The notes under the pieces were generated by a model that searched no databases, was not told the origin of the DNA, and was given only the letters and a program-made list of their open reading frames with translations. A DNA stretch of 64,000 bases from Octopus bimaculoides (Eukaryota): positions 10,438,565 through 10,502,564 of the forward strand of contig NC_068989.1 in NCBI RefSeq assembly GCF_001194135.2. Direction: 5' to 3'. A program made the translations under genes and the position numbers. Positions 24,335 to 36,217 of this stretch are shown piece after piece. Each line of letters starts with the position of its first letter. The stretch's first letter is position 1.

Positions 24335-25055
24335 TAATGAAAACCATGACCTCCAGAATCTCCTGCATCTCTTCTGGACAGTCTCCTTGTTTAAGTTGGT
24401 GACTGCTGCCATAATCCTTGCATTCAGTTCATCTTTGGTTTTACAAGGAGTTTTGTTGGTCTCTCGTTCAACTGCACCCCACACATAATAATCAAGAGGA
24501 TTGCAGACTGGGGAGTTAGGTGGCCAGATATTAGGATTGATGTAGTTGCAGAAATTGTCTGAGAGCCATGACTGGGTTCTCCTGCTTGTGTGACATGGTG
24601 CAGAGTCCTGTTTCCAGACGTAGGGTCTTCCAGCAGCCAACGTCTTGACCCAGGGCAGGACTATCTCCTGCAGGCGCTTGATGTAGGCCTCTGTGTTGAG
24701 TCTTAGGCCATGTGGGAAGATGAATGGAGGCATAATGTCACCATCACTAGAAATCACTCCAAACACCATGATGTTGACCGGATGTTTGATTTTTATCACT
24801 CTCGGTACATGTCCTCAGATTGACACCCAAACACTCTGAAATGTTTGTATTGGAGCTTCCGGTGCAAATGCCAAGCAGTACAGCATGTCGTTTCCAAATT
24901 TCTGGCAGAGTGAAATGTGTCATAATGCTGTTTTTCTCACAGATGGTGTCCAACTGACCCTATTATTTTGTAGTTGACAAAATCAAAAACAAACAATGTG
25001 CACGTGTGAAATTAAAAATATAAAATGGCGACAATTTACCCACTGCACCCTGATT
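24335..25055 (-). mobile_element. Tc1/mariner transposon remnant, DD37D (maT/Bmmar1-like), internally deleted
   Basis: In VWKQDSAPCH...WPPNSPVCNPLDYYVW, 37 residues separate the two aspartates. The 5-prime end reads CAGGGTGCAGTGGGTAAATTGTCGCC. The N-terminus and first D are deleted. Confidence 0.85.
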
Positions 25056-27479
25056 ATATAGACTGGGCATAACTATCTTTATCTATTTACTCTACCGCTC
25101 TATAACTTAGTGTGTGTTTCTCTTTCACATTTATGATTTACTGACTATATATATATATATAAATCATCATCATCATCATCATCGTTTAACGTCCGCTTTC
25201 CATGCTAGCATGGGTTGGACGATTTGACTGAGGACTGGTGAAACCGGATGGCAACACCAGGCTCCAGTCTGATTTGGCAGAGTTTCTACAGCTGGATGCC
25301 CTTCCTAACGCCAACCACTCAGAGAGTGTAGTGGGTGCTTTTACGTGTCACCCGCACGAAAACGGCCACGCTCGAAATGGTGTCTTTTATGTGCCACCCG
25401 CACAAGCCAGTCCAGGGGCACTGGCAACGATCTCGCTCGAAAATCCTACAGGAGCCAGTCAGGCGGTACTGGCAACGGCCACGCTCAAAATGGTGCATCT
25501 CATGTGCCACCCGCACAAGAACCAGTCCAGGGGCACTGGCAACGATCTTACTTGGCTTGCCGGGTCTTCTCACGCACACACCTTTATTAAAGCTGGCAAA
25601 AATCTTCACAAACTGAAAATTTTTGAAGCTTTAATAAAAGCATATTACTCAATCTTCAGTATTCGAGTACTATTTTCTCACCTTGTTTTGCATTTATGTT
25701 CTTACTCATGTGTGTGTGTGTGTGTGTTTTTCTAAGTTGATTGTTACGACTGGTCAGAAAGTGATCATTAGTCTTCCACCTACGAAGCAATTAACTTTAT
25801 ACTCCAGGATGCTTTCAGCTGATTTGATTAGCTAAGATATTTCATATTTATTCATATATCTTGCTCTGTAGTCTTTAAAAATATACTTTTAACCTTGATG
25901 ACCTGCAGAAAATGCAGCATTTTAAAAATTACATAATAACTTTCAAACAATTAGGTTTTGTTTCTTCAAGGAAATTATGTTTATTTACCTTCAAACTTTG
26001 AGCCATTTTATTCTATTAATGCATTCATTGCACTATTTTCCCACATGAAAAGTAAAAATACAGGTTTTACAAGTAGAATCAATCTGCTGGTCTGTGTATG
26101 CATTGATACACAAGTAAGGATTTTATTATGTTGATATTTCTTTACAGAAATATTCTACCATTTCAGTACATCAGAAGGAACATAGGGACTGTAGCAGCAT
26201 TGTACACTATTTATAAACCAAACTATTCGGTTCTTTAACAAATTCCAATTGCACTCTGAGCCATCTTAGTTTTTTAAGTGTATGACTGAAAAATTTAGCC
26301 TGCAAAATGCTGTTGAGAAGACAAGAACTTGGTTATCTTGAAGCAAAAAGCTGTCATATTGCTTACATGGCCATTGAGTCACTCCATTACCTTGTATGAT
26401 TGACAAATAAAGGAAATAAAACACCTGTAAGTTTTGATGGAATGTGTCACATTTAGTGAAATTTACACTGGAAACATTGCGTAAACATCCTTAACTACTT
26501 ATCTACAAAAGTGTAGCCATTGTCAATTACTGCAGGTAAAATCTAATTAAAACTTACAACTTTTTTTTCTCTCACAAAAACAATAATCCAATAAAACATC
26601 AAAATCAAAGAAACTTCTAAAACAACGTCTTTATATAACATTGTTATCTGTCGGACGGAAATTAAATTTAACAGCTTTAAGAAGACTTTGAAAACAGATC
26701 TGAAACAAACTTGTTCCCGCGTTTTCTTTTTTCTTCCTTTTAAAATTATTTGTAGAATATGGGAGAAGGGGAAGAGGAAACTGCTGATGTCACTCATTTG
26801 TAGTTAACTGGGTAGCAAGATTCTGTTCTAGCTAGATTCCTCTGTGTGTGCATGTGCATGTGCACATGCGCGTGCACACACGCACACATGACTGAAGTGC
26901 ATATTTTACATGCATCAGTCCATGATATATAGATTTTTCCTCAGGTTATCCACCATTACAAAAATAATCAGCATTATGACTTTGTGCTCTGGAAAATGTC
27001 AGGATAGGATTCCATTTTACTCTCCTAAATAAAAAAAAAAGTGATTTATTAAAAGCCTCTTTCTTAAAGACGAAGACATTTTTCAATGTCACTGTGAAAT
27101 TAGCTATTTAATGAATATATAAGGTTAAACTGTGAGTATGAAATGTTTATTGGATTTCACTGTCTTAAAATCAAGCCATGATGTCTTTCTTTTTAAATCA
27201 ATTCACATCTTGTGAGCTTATACTGGTTGTGAATTTATCAAATATCATTCTTGTGAAAGGACTTTTATATATATATATATCTGTTGCTTATAGATCTATA
27301 GAGCACTTGATATCTGCAGATATATAGCATCTGATGTATTTGGCCAATGGTTTTTTTTTAGCTTAACAGTTTAATTGTTGGCACCAACTATAATGAATAA
27401 TAATTTTTACACTACTACATACAGACTAACACACACACACAAAACAACACATACACTCTTCAATTTATTTGTATCAAGT

Positions 27480-28200
27480 GAGACCATATGTTTTTTTTTT
27501 CGCAAGCCCCTTGTTCCTTTCAGAGCAGAGGCCATCAAAGAGTTTTCTCCACTGCCCTTGGCTCTGGGCTGTCTTTTCTGATTCTCACCTTCAACCCCTG
27601 CTTTTTCAGCTCTACCTCAGTATCCCACCTCCAGCTATTTTTAGGCTGCTGTCTCTTTTACATCCTTGTGAGTTCCAAGTCAGGGCCTGACAAGTAATGC
27701 AGGAGGTTTTTTTTCCTTTCGAATTTTGCTGCACGATATCATAAATTTCCCTATGTTAAAGCCTTCCTCTCCCAAGTCTTGTTGGTTTTGAATTGTTATC
27801 GATGTTTCTGTAACTTTGTTTTTTCTCCTAGGTAGGGTTTTTGATCTTACACAAACCATTTTAACTGGGAAGTGGTGGTCCATATTAAACTGGCCTCTAT
27901 CCTTCTGCACGAAAGGCCCAACCACATACATACTAGACTTCCTGTATTGTCACCATTCCTAAGGTGTTGTTAGTTAACAAATCTACCAATGGGAGATTGC
28001 TGTTTAAATATAAATGCTTGTCCAAATATTTAGTATTGATTTTGCTAGGTCAAAGCTCTCGTTTCAGAGCCATTATTGATGCCTAAGGATCATATTTAAT
28101 CAAAATCACAAATACCGGATGAGTATTTGACCATTTCAATGGATAACTTTGAAGATTATTTCCTTATAGTTGATTTTTGTCAAATTTTATTGATCAAATA
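27480..28200 (-). mobile_element. Highly degenerate LINE (RTE-like) 3-prime fragment
   Basis: A minus-strand frame reads NGSETRALT, resembling the YGSETWxLT motif C-terminal to RTE RT. Many stop codons. Confidence 0.3.
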
Positions 28201-29239
28201 TTTAGCTCAAACATCTGGTCTAATCAATCTAGTCATTTGTACATAGCAAAAATATTTCCTTTTTAACCCTAAATGGAAAGAAATTCTGAATAGACTAAAA
28301 TTTTCTTGTATTTTTTGATATTATTATATGAGTGAAGGTGTGCAGCCTAATATAGATTTAATGGCTTACTCTAAAACCATTTTGGTTTTTAAAAGCAAAA
28401 TGATTATATAAGTTTTTAAAAGCTCGTTTTTTGAATTTAAAATTATTTGGTACTTATTAGAACTTTTACTTTTGTGCTTGCTCCCTGCTAATTTAAGAAC
28501 CTGGCTCTATCCCTGGTTTCAAATTTTGGCACTAGGTCAGCAATTTTGTGGGAGGGGCTGAATCCATTAAATTGATTCCAGTGTTCAACTGCTACTTATT
28601 TAATTGACCCTGAAAGGATGAAAGGCAAAGTCGACCTTCTGGAGTTTGAACTCAGAACACAAAGATGGACAAAATACTGCTTAGCATTTTGCTCAGCATG
28701 CCACTTTATTTGGTATGTATATTCTTTTCTACTCTAGGCACAAGGCCCAAAATTTTTGGAGGGGGAGCCAGTCGATTAGATCATCCTCAGTACGCAACTG
28801 GTACTTAATTTATCAACCTCAAAAGGATGAAAGGCAAAGTCAACCTCAGTGGAATTTGAACTCAGGATGTAAAGACCACTAAGCATTTCGCCTGGCATGC
28901 TAACGTTTCTGCCAGCTGATCGCTATTTGGTACATATATTGGAACCTTTTCTGTTGTGCTTGTTCCCTTTAACTTAATAACCAGATTCTTTCCCTGGCCC
29001 ACTGTATAATATTAATATATATATATTCCATTTCCAAAGAGTTAAAATATTTCAGTACCAAATCTTAATCAAGACCTGAATTGATTTATATTTTTATAAT
29101 GCGACCAAAATGTGAATGGAAATGGAATTATAATAGAGCCACAATAATTGCATATTGAATTTCATATTTTCCAGAAACACTTTGGGAAATGGTTCAGATA
29201 TTGATTGTTTCTATATGGACATGAACCAATTTTACAACA

Positions 29240-29290
29240 ATGGAATCTAAATTCAGTGACAGCACTTGTTTGGAAAAAGAATTTTCTCAG
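29240..29290 (+). CDS. Type II membrane SEA/mucin-like protein, coding exon 1 (exon 29175-29290)
   Basis: Acceptor TTTTCCAG at 29174. ACAATGG start with an in-frame upstream TGA at 29222. Encodes MESKFSDSTCLEKEFSQ; GTGAGT donor in phase 0. Confidence 0.65.
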
Positions 29291-30481
29291 GTGAGTAGAT
29301 CTTTCATTTTCTTTAAATTGTACATTCTTAGCTTTTCCAATTGAAACATTTTTTTTTTTCCATTTAAGTTTTCAAGAAGTTTGTAAGTGTCATGTGTTAA
29401 AAATAGTTTGTGAGAAAGAGGAAAGAAGATGTGACATTTTCAGTTTTTCTCAAAGGTATAAGGGATGTGAGGCGATATTAGGTCAATTGAGAATCTTGGT
29501 CTTGACTTACTGTAAAAACAAGACATAAATATTGGTTCCACATTTGAACTCAGAACATAAAGACAGACAAAAGGATGCCAAGTAATTTGCCTGGTTTGCT
29601 AATGATTCTTATTTCTTTATTGCCCACAAGGGGTTACACACAGAGGGGACAAACGGATTAAGTTGATTATATCGATCCCAGTGCATAACTGGTACTTATT
29701 TAATCGACCCCAAAAGGATGAAAGGCAAAGTCGACCTCGGCGGAATTTGAACTCAGAACGTAGCGGCAGATGAAATACCGCTAAGCATTTCGCCTGGCAT
29801 GCTAATGATTCTGCCAGCTTGTCACCTTAAGCACGGCATAAATATTGGTTTGAAATTTTTGCACAAGGCCAGCAATTTAGGGGGAGAGGCAATTTGATTA
29901 TATTGACCCAGTGCTCAACAGGTACTCCTTTTATTAACCCTAAAAGGATGAAAGGTAAAGTTGATCTTGGAATTCGAATTCAGAACATTAAGATGGATGA
30001 AATGCCACTAAGCATTATGTCTGGCATGCTAACAATTGTGCCAGTTCACTCCCTAAGAATTTCAGGCTTTGTGACTAGAGTAGAAAAGAATATTTTTTTT
30101 TTCATATTCAAATGGAAGAGAGAGCTGACCAAGGGAATTTTGCTGAAGTTCAATCATCTTTTACTTGTTTCAGTCATTGGACTGCGACCATGCTGGGGCA
30201 CTGTCTTGAAGAGTTTAGTCAGACAAATCAACCCCAATATTCATTTGTAAGCCTAGTACCTATTCTATTGGTTCTTCGGTCAAACAGCTAGGTTACAGGG
30301 ATATAAACCAACCAAGACTGGTTGTCAAGGGGTCGGGGATGGAGAGATACAAGCACAAAAGTACACACACATGCACACAGAGTGCAGACAAAACTTAATA
30401 ATGACACAAAACCCCGAAATCCAAACACTATTCAGTTAATGGTTTCATCAAGTCTCTTTTTTTGTTTTTCTCCTCATTTAG

Positions 30482-30734
30482 CAAGACAGTTCCATTGAAT
30501 TCTCTGTCGTCCGCTCCAGTAGTTTGCTTGACTTTCTCAATTATTCCGATTGTATCAGTCGGGCCGAAGGTGAACCAGCAGGATCAAGCCTTACAGAAAC
30601 ATCAGCTCCAATTTCTTCTGAACGTATTTTCCAACAATCCAACCTCCGAAAACAATGGATTGCTTCCGTTTCAATTCTGTCGTTCTCTCTCATAGTTATC
30701 ACAATCACTTTTATCATGGTTTTCCTTACACATG
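30482..30734 (+). CDS. Type II membrane SEA/mucin-like protein, exon 2 (cytoplasmic tail plus TM helix)
   Basis: Acceptor CATTTAG, donor GTAAGT, phase 0 to 1. Ends in the hydrophobic helix WIASVSILSFSLIVITITFIMVFL. Confidence 0.8.
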
Positions 30735-32299
30735 GTAAGTTGCTCCATCAAATAAATCCCTTCTTTATTGCTGTAGCTGCTTTAACCCTTTACCGTTCAA
30801 ATTACTCTAACAAATGTAATACTCTTTTTAACTCTTTTACTTGTTTCAGTCATTTGACTGCGGCCATGCTGGAGCACCGCCTTTAGTCGAGCAAATCGAG
30901 CCCAGAGCTTATTCTTTGTAAGCCTAGTACTTATTCTATCGGTCTCTTTTGCCGAACCGCTAAGTTATGGGGACGTAAACACACCACCATCAGACGTCAA
31001 GCAATGTTGGGGGGACAAACACAGACGCACAAACATATACACACACACACATATATACATATACGACGGGCTTCTTCCAGTTTCCGTCTACCAAATCCAC
31101 TCACAAGGCTTTGGTCGGCCCGAGGCTATAACAGAAGACACTTGCCCAAAGTGCCACGTAGTGGGACTGAACCCGGAACCATGTGATTGGTAAGCAAGCT
31201 ACTTAGCACACAGCCACTCCTAATCATGCATTATCTTGTAGCTTTGAGATTTCAAAACTTCCATGCTTCCCAAAATTCAGTAAGAATACACCTGATACCC
31301 CCACCCTTTTTTAAATAATTTGTTCACCATTCACTTCCTGTGTATTAGTCCAGGTGCTATTCATGCACTTTTGGCTACTTTTTCTAATGAGCTGTAGTTC
31401 ACCTGAGCACTGTATACAATAAGTTCTTTCATCATCATCATGCTCAACATTTAATGTCTGTTTTCCATGCTGTCATGGCTTGGATGGCATAAGAGGAGTT
31501 GGCAAGGCTATGGGCCACATCAAGTTTCATAGTCTGTTTTGGCTTGGTTTCTACAACTGGATGCCTCTCCTAACACCAACCACTCCACAGAATGTACTGG
31601 ATGATATTATTATGTGATGAAGGTGGCGAGCTGGCAGAATCATTAGCACGCCAGGTAAAGTGCTTAGTGGCATTCTGAGTTCAAATTCCACTGAGGTTAA
31701 CTTTGCCGTCCATCATTTCGGGGTAGATAAAATAAGTACCAGTTGAGTACTGGGGTCGATGTAATTGACAATCTCCTCCCCTTTATAGTAGAAAGGATTA
31801 TTATTATAATTGATCTATGGCACCTGTGCCCAGCATCGCCTTCCTGGCACTTGTGCCGGATGGCACGTGTAAAGACATTTGAGCGAGATCGTTGCCAGTG
31901 CCGCCGAACTGGCTCCTGTGCAGGTGGCACGTAAAATACACCATTTTGAGCATGGCTGTTGCCAGTACCACCTGACTGGCCTTCGTGCCGGTGGCACGTA
32001 AGAGCACCCACTACACTGTCAGAGTGGTTGGCATTAGGAAGGGCATCCAGCTGTAGAAACTCTGACAAATCAGATTGGAGCCTGGTGTAGCCATCTGGTT
32101 TCACCAGTCCTCAGTCAAATCGTCCAACCCATGCTAGCATGGAAAGCGGACATTAAACGACGATGATGATGATGATGATGATTTTTACATCCCCTAATTA
32201 TAATTTCACCTCTTTAGTAATTAATACTTTGATTGTTGTTTCTGATAATGTTAAAATATTTCCTTGCTTTGATGGCTTCGTTACATTTTTTTTGCACAG

Positions 32300-32412
32300 G
32301 TGAGGTCATCACATATCTCCACATGAATGTGCTCAATGTACATTATCACCCAGCAATGAAGAATAAAGCATCGAAACAATTCAAAGAAATATCAGTGCCA
32401 TTCTGTCATGAG
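32300..32412 (+). CDS. Type II membrane SEA/mucin-like protein, exon 3 (putative SEA N-terminal part)
   Basis: Polypyrimidine tract plus GCACAG, GT donor, phase 1 to 0. Encodes GEVITYLHMNVLNVHYHPAMKNKASKQFKEISVPFCHE, a SEA-like pattern. Confidence 0.7.
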
Positions 32413-32793
32413 GTTTGTGCCATTGCATCTATCTATAAGAATAAGAAATATTCTGTTACCAATTTAATAAAAAAAGGACGAAGGGTAAGAGTGGGAGTAA
32501 GATGGGTGAATAAGAGACAAGTTGAAGGTTTTGATTCATCAGGTATTTATCTGAAGGAGTAATGGAAAGTTCTTAGTTTGTCGACTGGTTCCATAGAACT
32601 GAACATGAGAGTGGTTGAGTGGTAAGAAGTTTGTTTTCCAATCACATGGTTCCAGGCTCAATCTAGCAGTGTGACACCTTTAGGCAAGTGTCTTCTACTA
32701 CAGCCTTGGGCTGACCAAAGACTTGTGAGTGGGTTTGGTAGATGGAAACTAAAAGAAGCCTGTCATATATATATATATATATANNNNNNNNNN

Positions 32794-32828
<35 letters not shown>

Positions 32829-33299
32829 GTTGAATAAAGTTAAAACATGATCTGTTTTCATGTTTCTTATTATGGTATTTTAACATTAAAAAATATATAT
32901 ATATATAGAGAGAGAGAGAGGAATGTGGGTGTTGTCTATCATAGCTACATAGCCTTTAAGCTACTAGCTTAATTCAGGTCATCCTTCATATTGCAAACTT
33001 CTCATACTTGACAAGACTAATTGTCAAATATTAACTGATGTTGAAAAGAACTTCTTGTGAATGCATAACTTCATTCTGTCCTTTGTTCTCCTGTCAACTC
33101 TGCGTGCAGAATTTTACTGCCTTTATCAGAGACTTTAAATTCAGGTTCATTGATCACAATCAGCAAAGCCTAACTAGTCAGTTTAATGATGACATCATCA
33201 GTTGATCTGATGTGTGACCGTTGAACATCATTGGTTAGTTTTTTGCTGATGTCATTAAATTGATTCTCTTTAAAAATCAAATTTTATAGAGAAAGTAGG

Positions 33300-33720
33300 G
33301 CGTGCGTTAGGGTGAGTGGTGAAGTAAATGAGTGGTTTGATGTGAAGGTGGGGTTAAGACAGGGTTGTGTGATGTCTCTGTGGCTGTTTAATTTATATAT
33401 AAATGGTATGGTGAGAGAGGTAAATGCTAGAACCTTTGGTAGGGGAGCCCAAATGGTGGGAGAAAACAGAGAGAAATGGCAGGTGAGTCAGTTGTTGTTT
33501 GTTGATGATACAACACTGGTAGCGGATTCGGAAGAACAACTGAAGAGACTGGTAGTAGAGTTTGGAAGAGTGTGTGAGAGGAGGAAACTGAAAGTGAATG
33601 TAGCTAAGAGTAATGTGATGAGATGTTCGAGAGATGGAATGGCTGATAGGATGGATGTGAGTATAAATGGTGAGATGTTAGAGGAGGTGAGCGTCTTTAA
33701 GTATCTGGGATCACATGTGT
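33300..33720 (+). mobile_element. RTE-clade LINE reverse transcriptase fragment
   Basis: GLRQGCVMSLWLFNLY...LLFVDDT...KVNVAKSNVM...FKYLGS, truncated at both ends. Confidence 0.9.
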
Positions 33721-33967
33721 TATTTCTTTACTGCCCACAAGGGGTTAGGGTTATAGCCTGTGTCCACAGCTAGCCACCTACACTTTTCTCTGCAAAATAG
33801 GGGTAGTTTATCCTGTTCAGGCTATATTATTAGCATTATTCTGCGATTGAGAATTAAAAAAAAAATCACTTCTTTAACTTTCTAAAAGACATCCCAACAC
33901 TCCTAAAAGCAAACTTCGTTTGTTTATTTATGTTTGTCGTAATTTGAATTTAATATATATGTATATA

Positions 33968-34405
33968 TCTATATATATAAAAATGAGAATGTGTGTCTGT
34001 CTGTCTGTCTGTCTGTCTGTGTGAATCCCTAAAACTCGAGAACTACGCAACCAATTTCATTCAAATTTTACACATGCCTTACTTAGGGTTCCAGTTGTGT
34101 TTTAGTAAAAAAAAATTATTAATTTCTTGCAGAGTTCGAGCACACGGCAACATAATATCTCCTCCACTATTTAAGTATTAGGTGTCAAAAGTGAAACAAA
34201 AACACTCATGTCAAATACTTTCACTTTAAAAATGAAACTATTCCACTAACTGAAACAATCACATTTCGATACTGTAGTGACAGATACTTTCACAGAGAGA
34301 GAAAGAGAGAAAGAGAGAGACAGAAAGATAGAGAGAGAGAGAGAGAGATGTATATGTATACATATATATGTACACCATTTCGATACTGTAATGACAGATA
34401 CTTTC

Positions 34406-34446
<41 letters not shown>

Positions 34447-34453
34447 AAGAGAA

Positions 34454-34484
<31 letters not shown>

Positions 34485-35603
34485 TGTATATGTATATGTA
34501 TACATATAGATGTACACGTATATGTATATATAGATAGATCTATACATACATGTATATGTATACATATGTGTAGATGTATATATATATATATATATAGATG
34601 TACATGTAATATGTACACATATATACATGCATACAGATATCTATACATATATACACCCATCACACACACATACACATGCACACAAACACACACATTAGTC
34701 ATTTGTTTTCTTATNNNNNNNNNNNNNNNNNNNNNNNNNNNNNNNNNNNNNNNNNNNNNNNNNNNNNNNNNNNNNNNNNNNNNNNNNNNNNNNNNNNNNN
34801 NNNNNNNNNNNNNNNNNNNNNNNNNNNNNNNNNNNNNNNNNNNNNNNNNNNNNNNNNNNNNNNNNNNNNNNNNNNNNNNNNNNNNNNNNNNNNNNNNNNN
34901 NNNNNNNNNNNNNNNNNNNNNNNNNNNNNNNNNNNNNNNNNNNNNNNNNNNNNNNNNNNNNNNNNNNNNNNNNNNNNNNNNNNNNNNNNNNNNNNNNNNN
35001 NNNNNNNNNNNNNNNNNNNNNNNNNNNNNNNNNNNNNNNNNNNNNNNNNNNNNNNNNNNNNNNNNNNNNNNNNNNNNNNNNNNNNNNNNNNNNNNNNNNN
35101 NNNNNNNNNNNNNNNNNNNNNNNNNNNNNNNNNNNNNNNNNNNNNNNNNNNNNNNNNNNNNNNNNNNNNNNNNNNNNNNNNNNNNNNNNNNNNNNNNNNN
35201 NNNNNNNNNNNNNNNNNNNNNNACAAATATCAGGGTCAAACACTGTCTGTAGCTGGTCTTCTCTTGGAAGAGCCCTGCTTCTCACATGGACAACTGTATG
35301 TTGGCTGCTCAAGAGTGGGCAGCAACAAAAAACCTATTTGTATATGCTCCACAAGGGAAAACAAGGAACATAGTTTACAATGAGGTGTTATAATCACAAC
35401 AGCAAGAAAGTATGTACATGATCACCTTCTTTTACGAAACTTCATTGACTTTCATATATTTATATTGATATACATATATATACGTGTGTTTGGGTGCGTG
35501 TGTGTATATACATCTCTATATATAAAGATGATGCGTAGTCTAGACGGCGTTTTTAGATTTCATTATTCTCTTTAACCAGGGCAACGCCGGGTATTTCTGC
35601 TAG
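33968..35603 (+). mobile_element. Non-autonomous Helitron-like element (spans an N gap)
   Basis: 5-prime A|TCTATATATATAAA followed by (CTGT)n; 3-prime GGGCAACGCCGGGTATTTCTGCTAG|T. The same 5-prime block occurs inverted at 53870-54165. The two ends may belong to different copies. Confidence 0.65.
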
Positions 35604-35789
35604 TATATATATAAATATATGTATTAACTTGAAAGACTGGTTAAAGACAAGTTAACATTGTTAAAACTTTGTTTCTCTGCATAGTTTTTTCTCATCACAT
35701 TCAATACTATAAAATTATAGGATTGAGTAGTCGGGTGAGTTTTATAGTTGTTTGTTTGGATGTAATACATTTACATAATTCTATTCAAA

Positions 35790-36110
35790 ATAAGAAATTT
35801 CAGGTATGTAAGCAAGGCCTGGAATCAAAGGGTCTTAGTGTTTATTTAGCAAAGACCAAAGTCTTAGTAAGTCAGAAAACAGACAAATCACAAATTCCTT
35901 TGGGGACATGGCCCTGCTCGATATGTAGAAAATTGTAGGTAGAAACTCCATAGGCTGTACCCAGTGCAAGCTACGGACACATATGAGGTGCAGCAGTATC
36001 AGAGGAAGGTTTATAGAGAAAGTAGCCTTTGTGTGTGGCGGGTGTATAGGTATAGTAAACTCTAGAAATGTACAGGAAATAACTCTATCAAATGCCTGGC
36101 TCTGAAACAT
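35790..36110 (+). mobile_element. RTE-like LINE fragment with a Cys-rich segment after the RT core
   Basis: KQGLESKGLSVYLAKTKVLVS...WPCSICRK, then frameshifted CTQCKL and FVCGGC. Confidence 0.7.
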
Positions 36111-36149
36111 AACCCTTCTCTTTAATTATTTATTTATGCATGTTTTCAG

Positions 36150-36217
36150 GTAAATCGCTATATAAAATCAAGTTACCTGTCTGAAATTCAAAAGGGTTGC
36201 ACTCTCAAAAATATAAC
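36150..36217 (+). CDS. Type II membrane SEA/mucin-like protein, exon 4
   Basis: Acceptor TTTTCAG, donor GTAAGT, phase 0 to 2. Encodes VNRYIKSSYLSEIQKGCTLKNI(T). Confidence 0.7.

Noticed and set aside
25238-25735. 165-aa ORF and overlapping ORFs (similar at 31697-32104)
   Set aside because: They lie inside multi-copy retroposon family C with internal tandem units.
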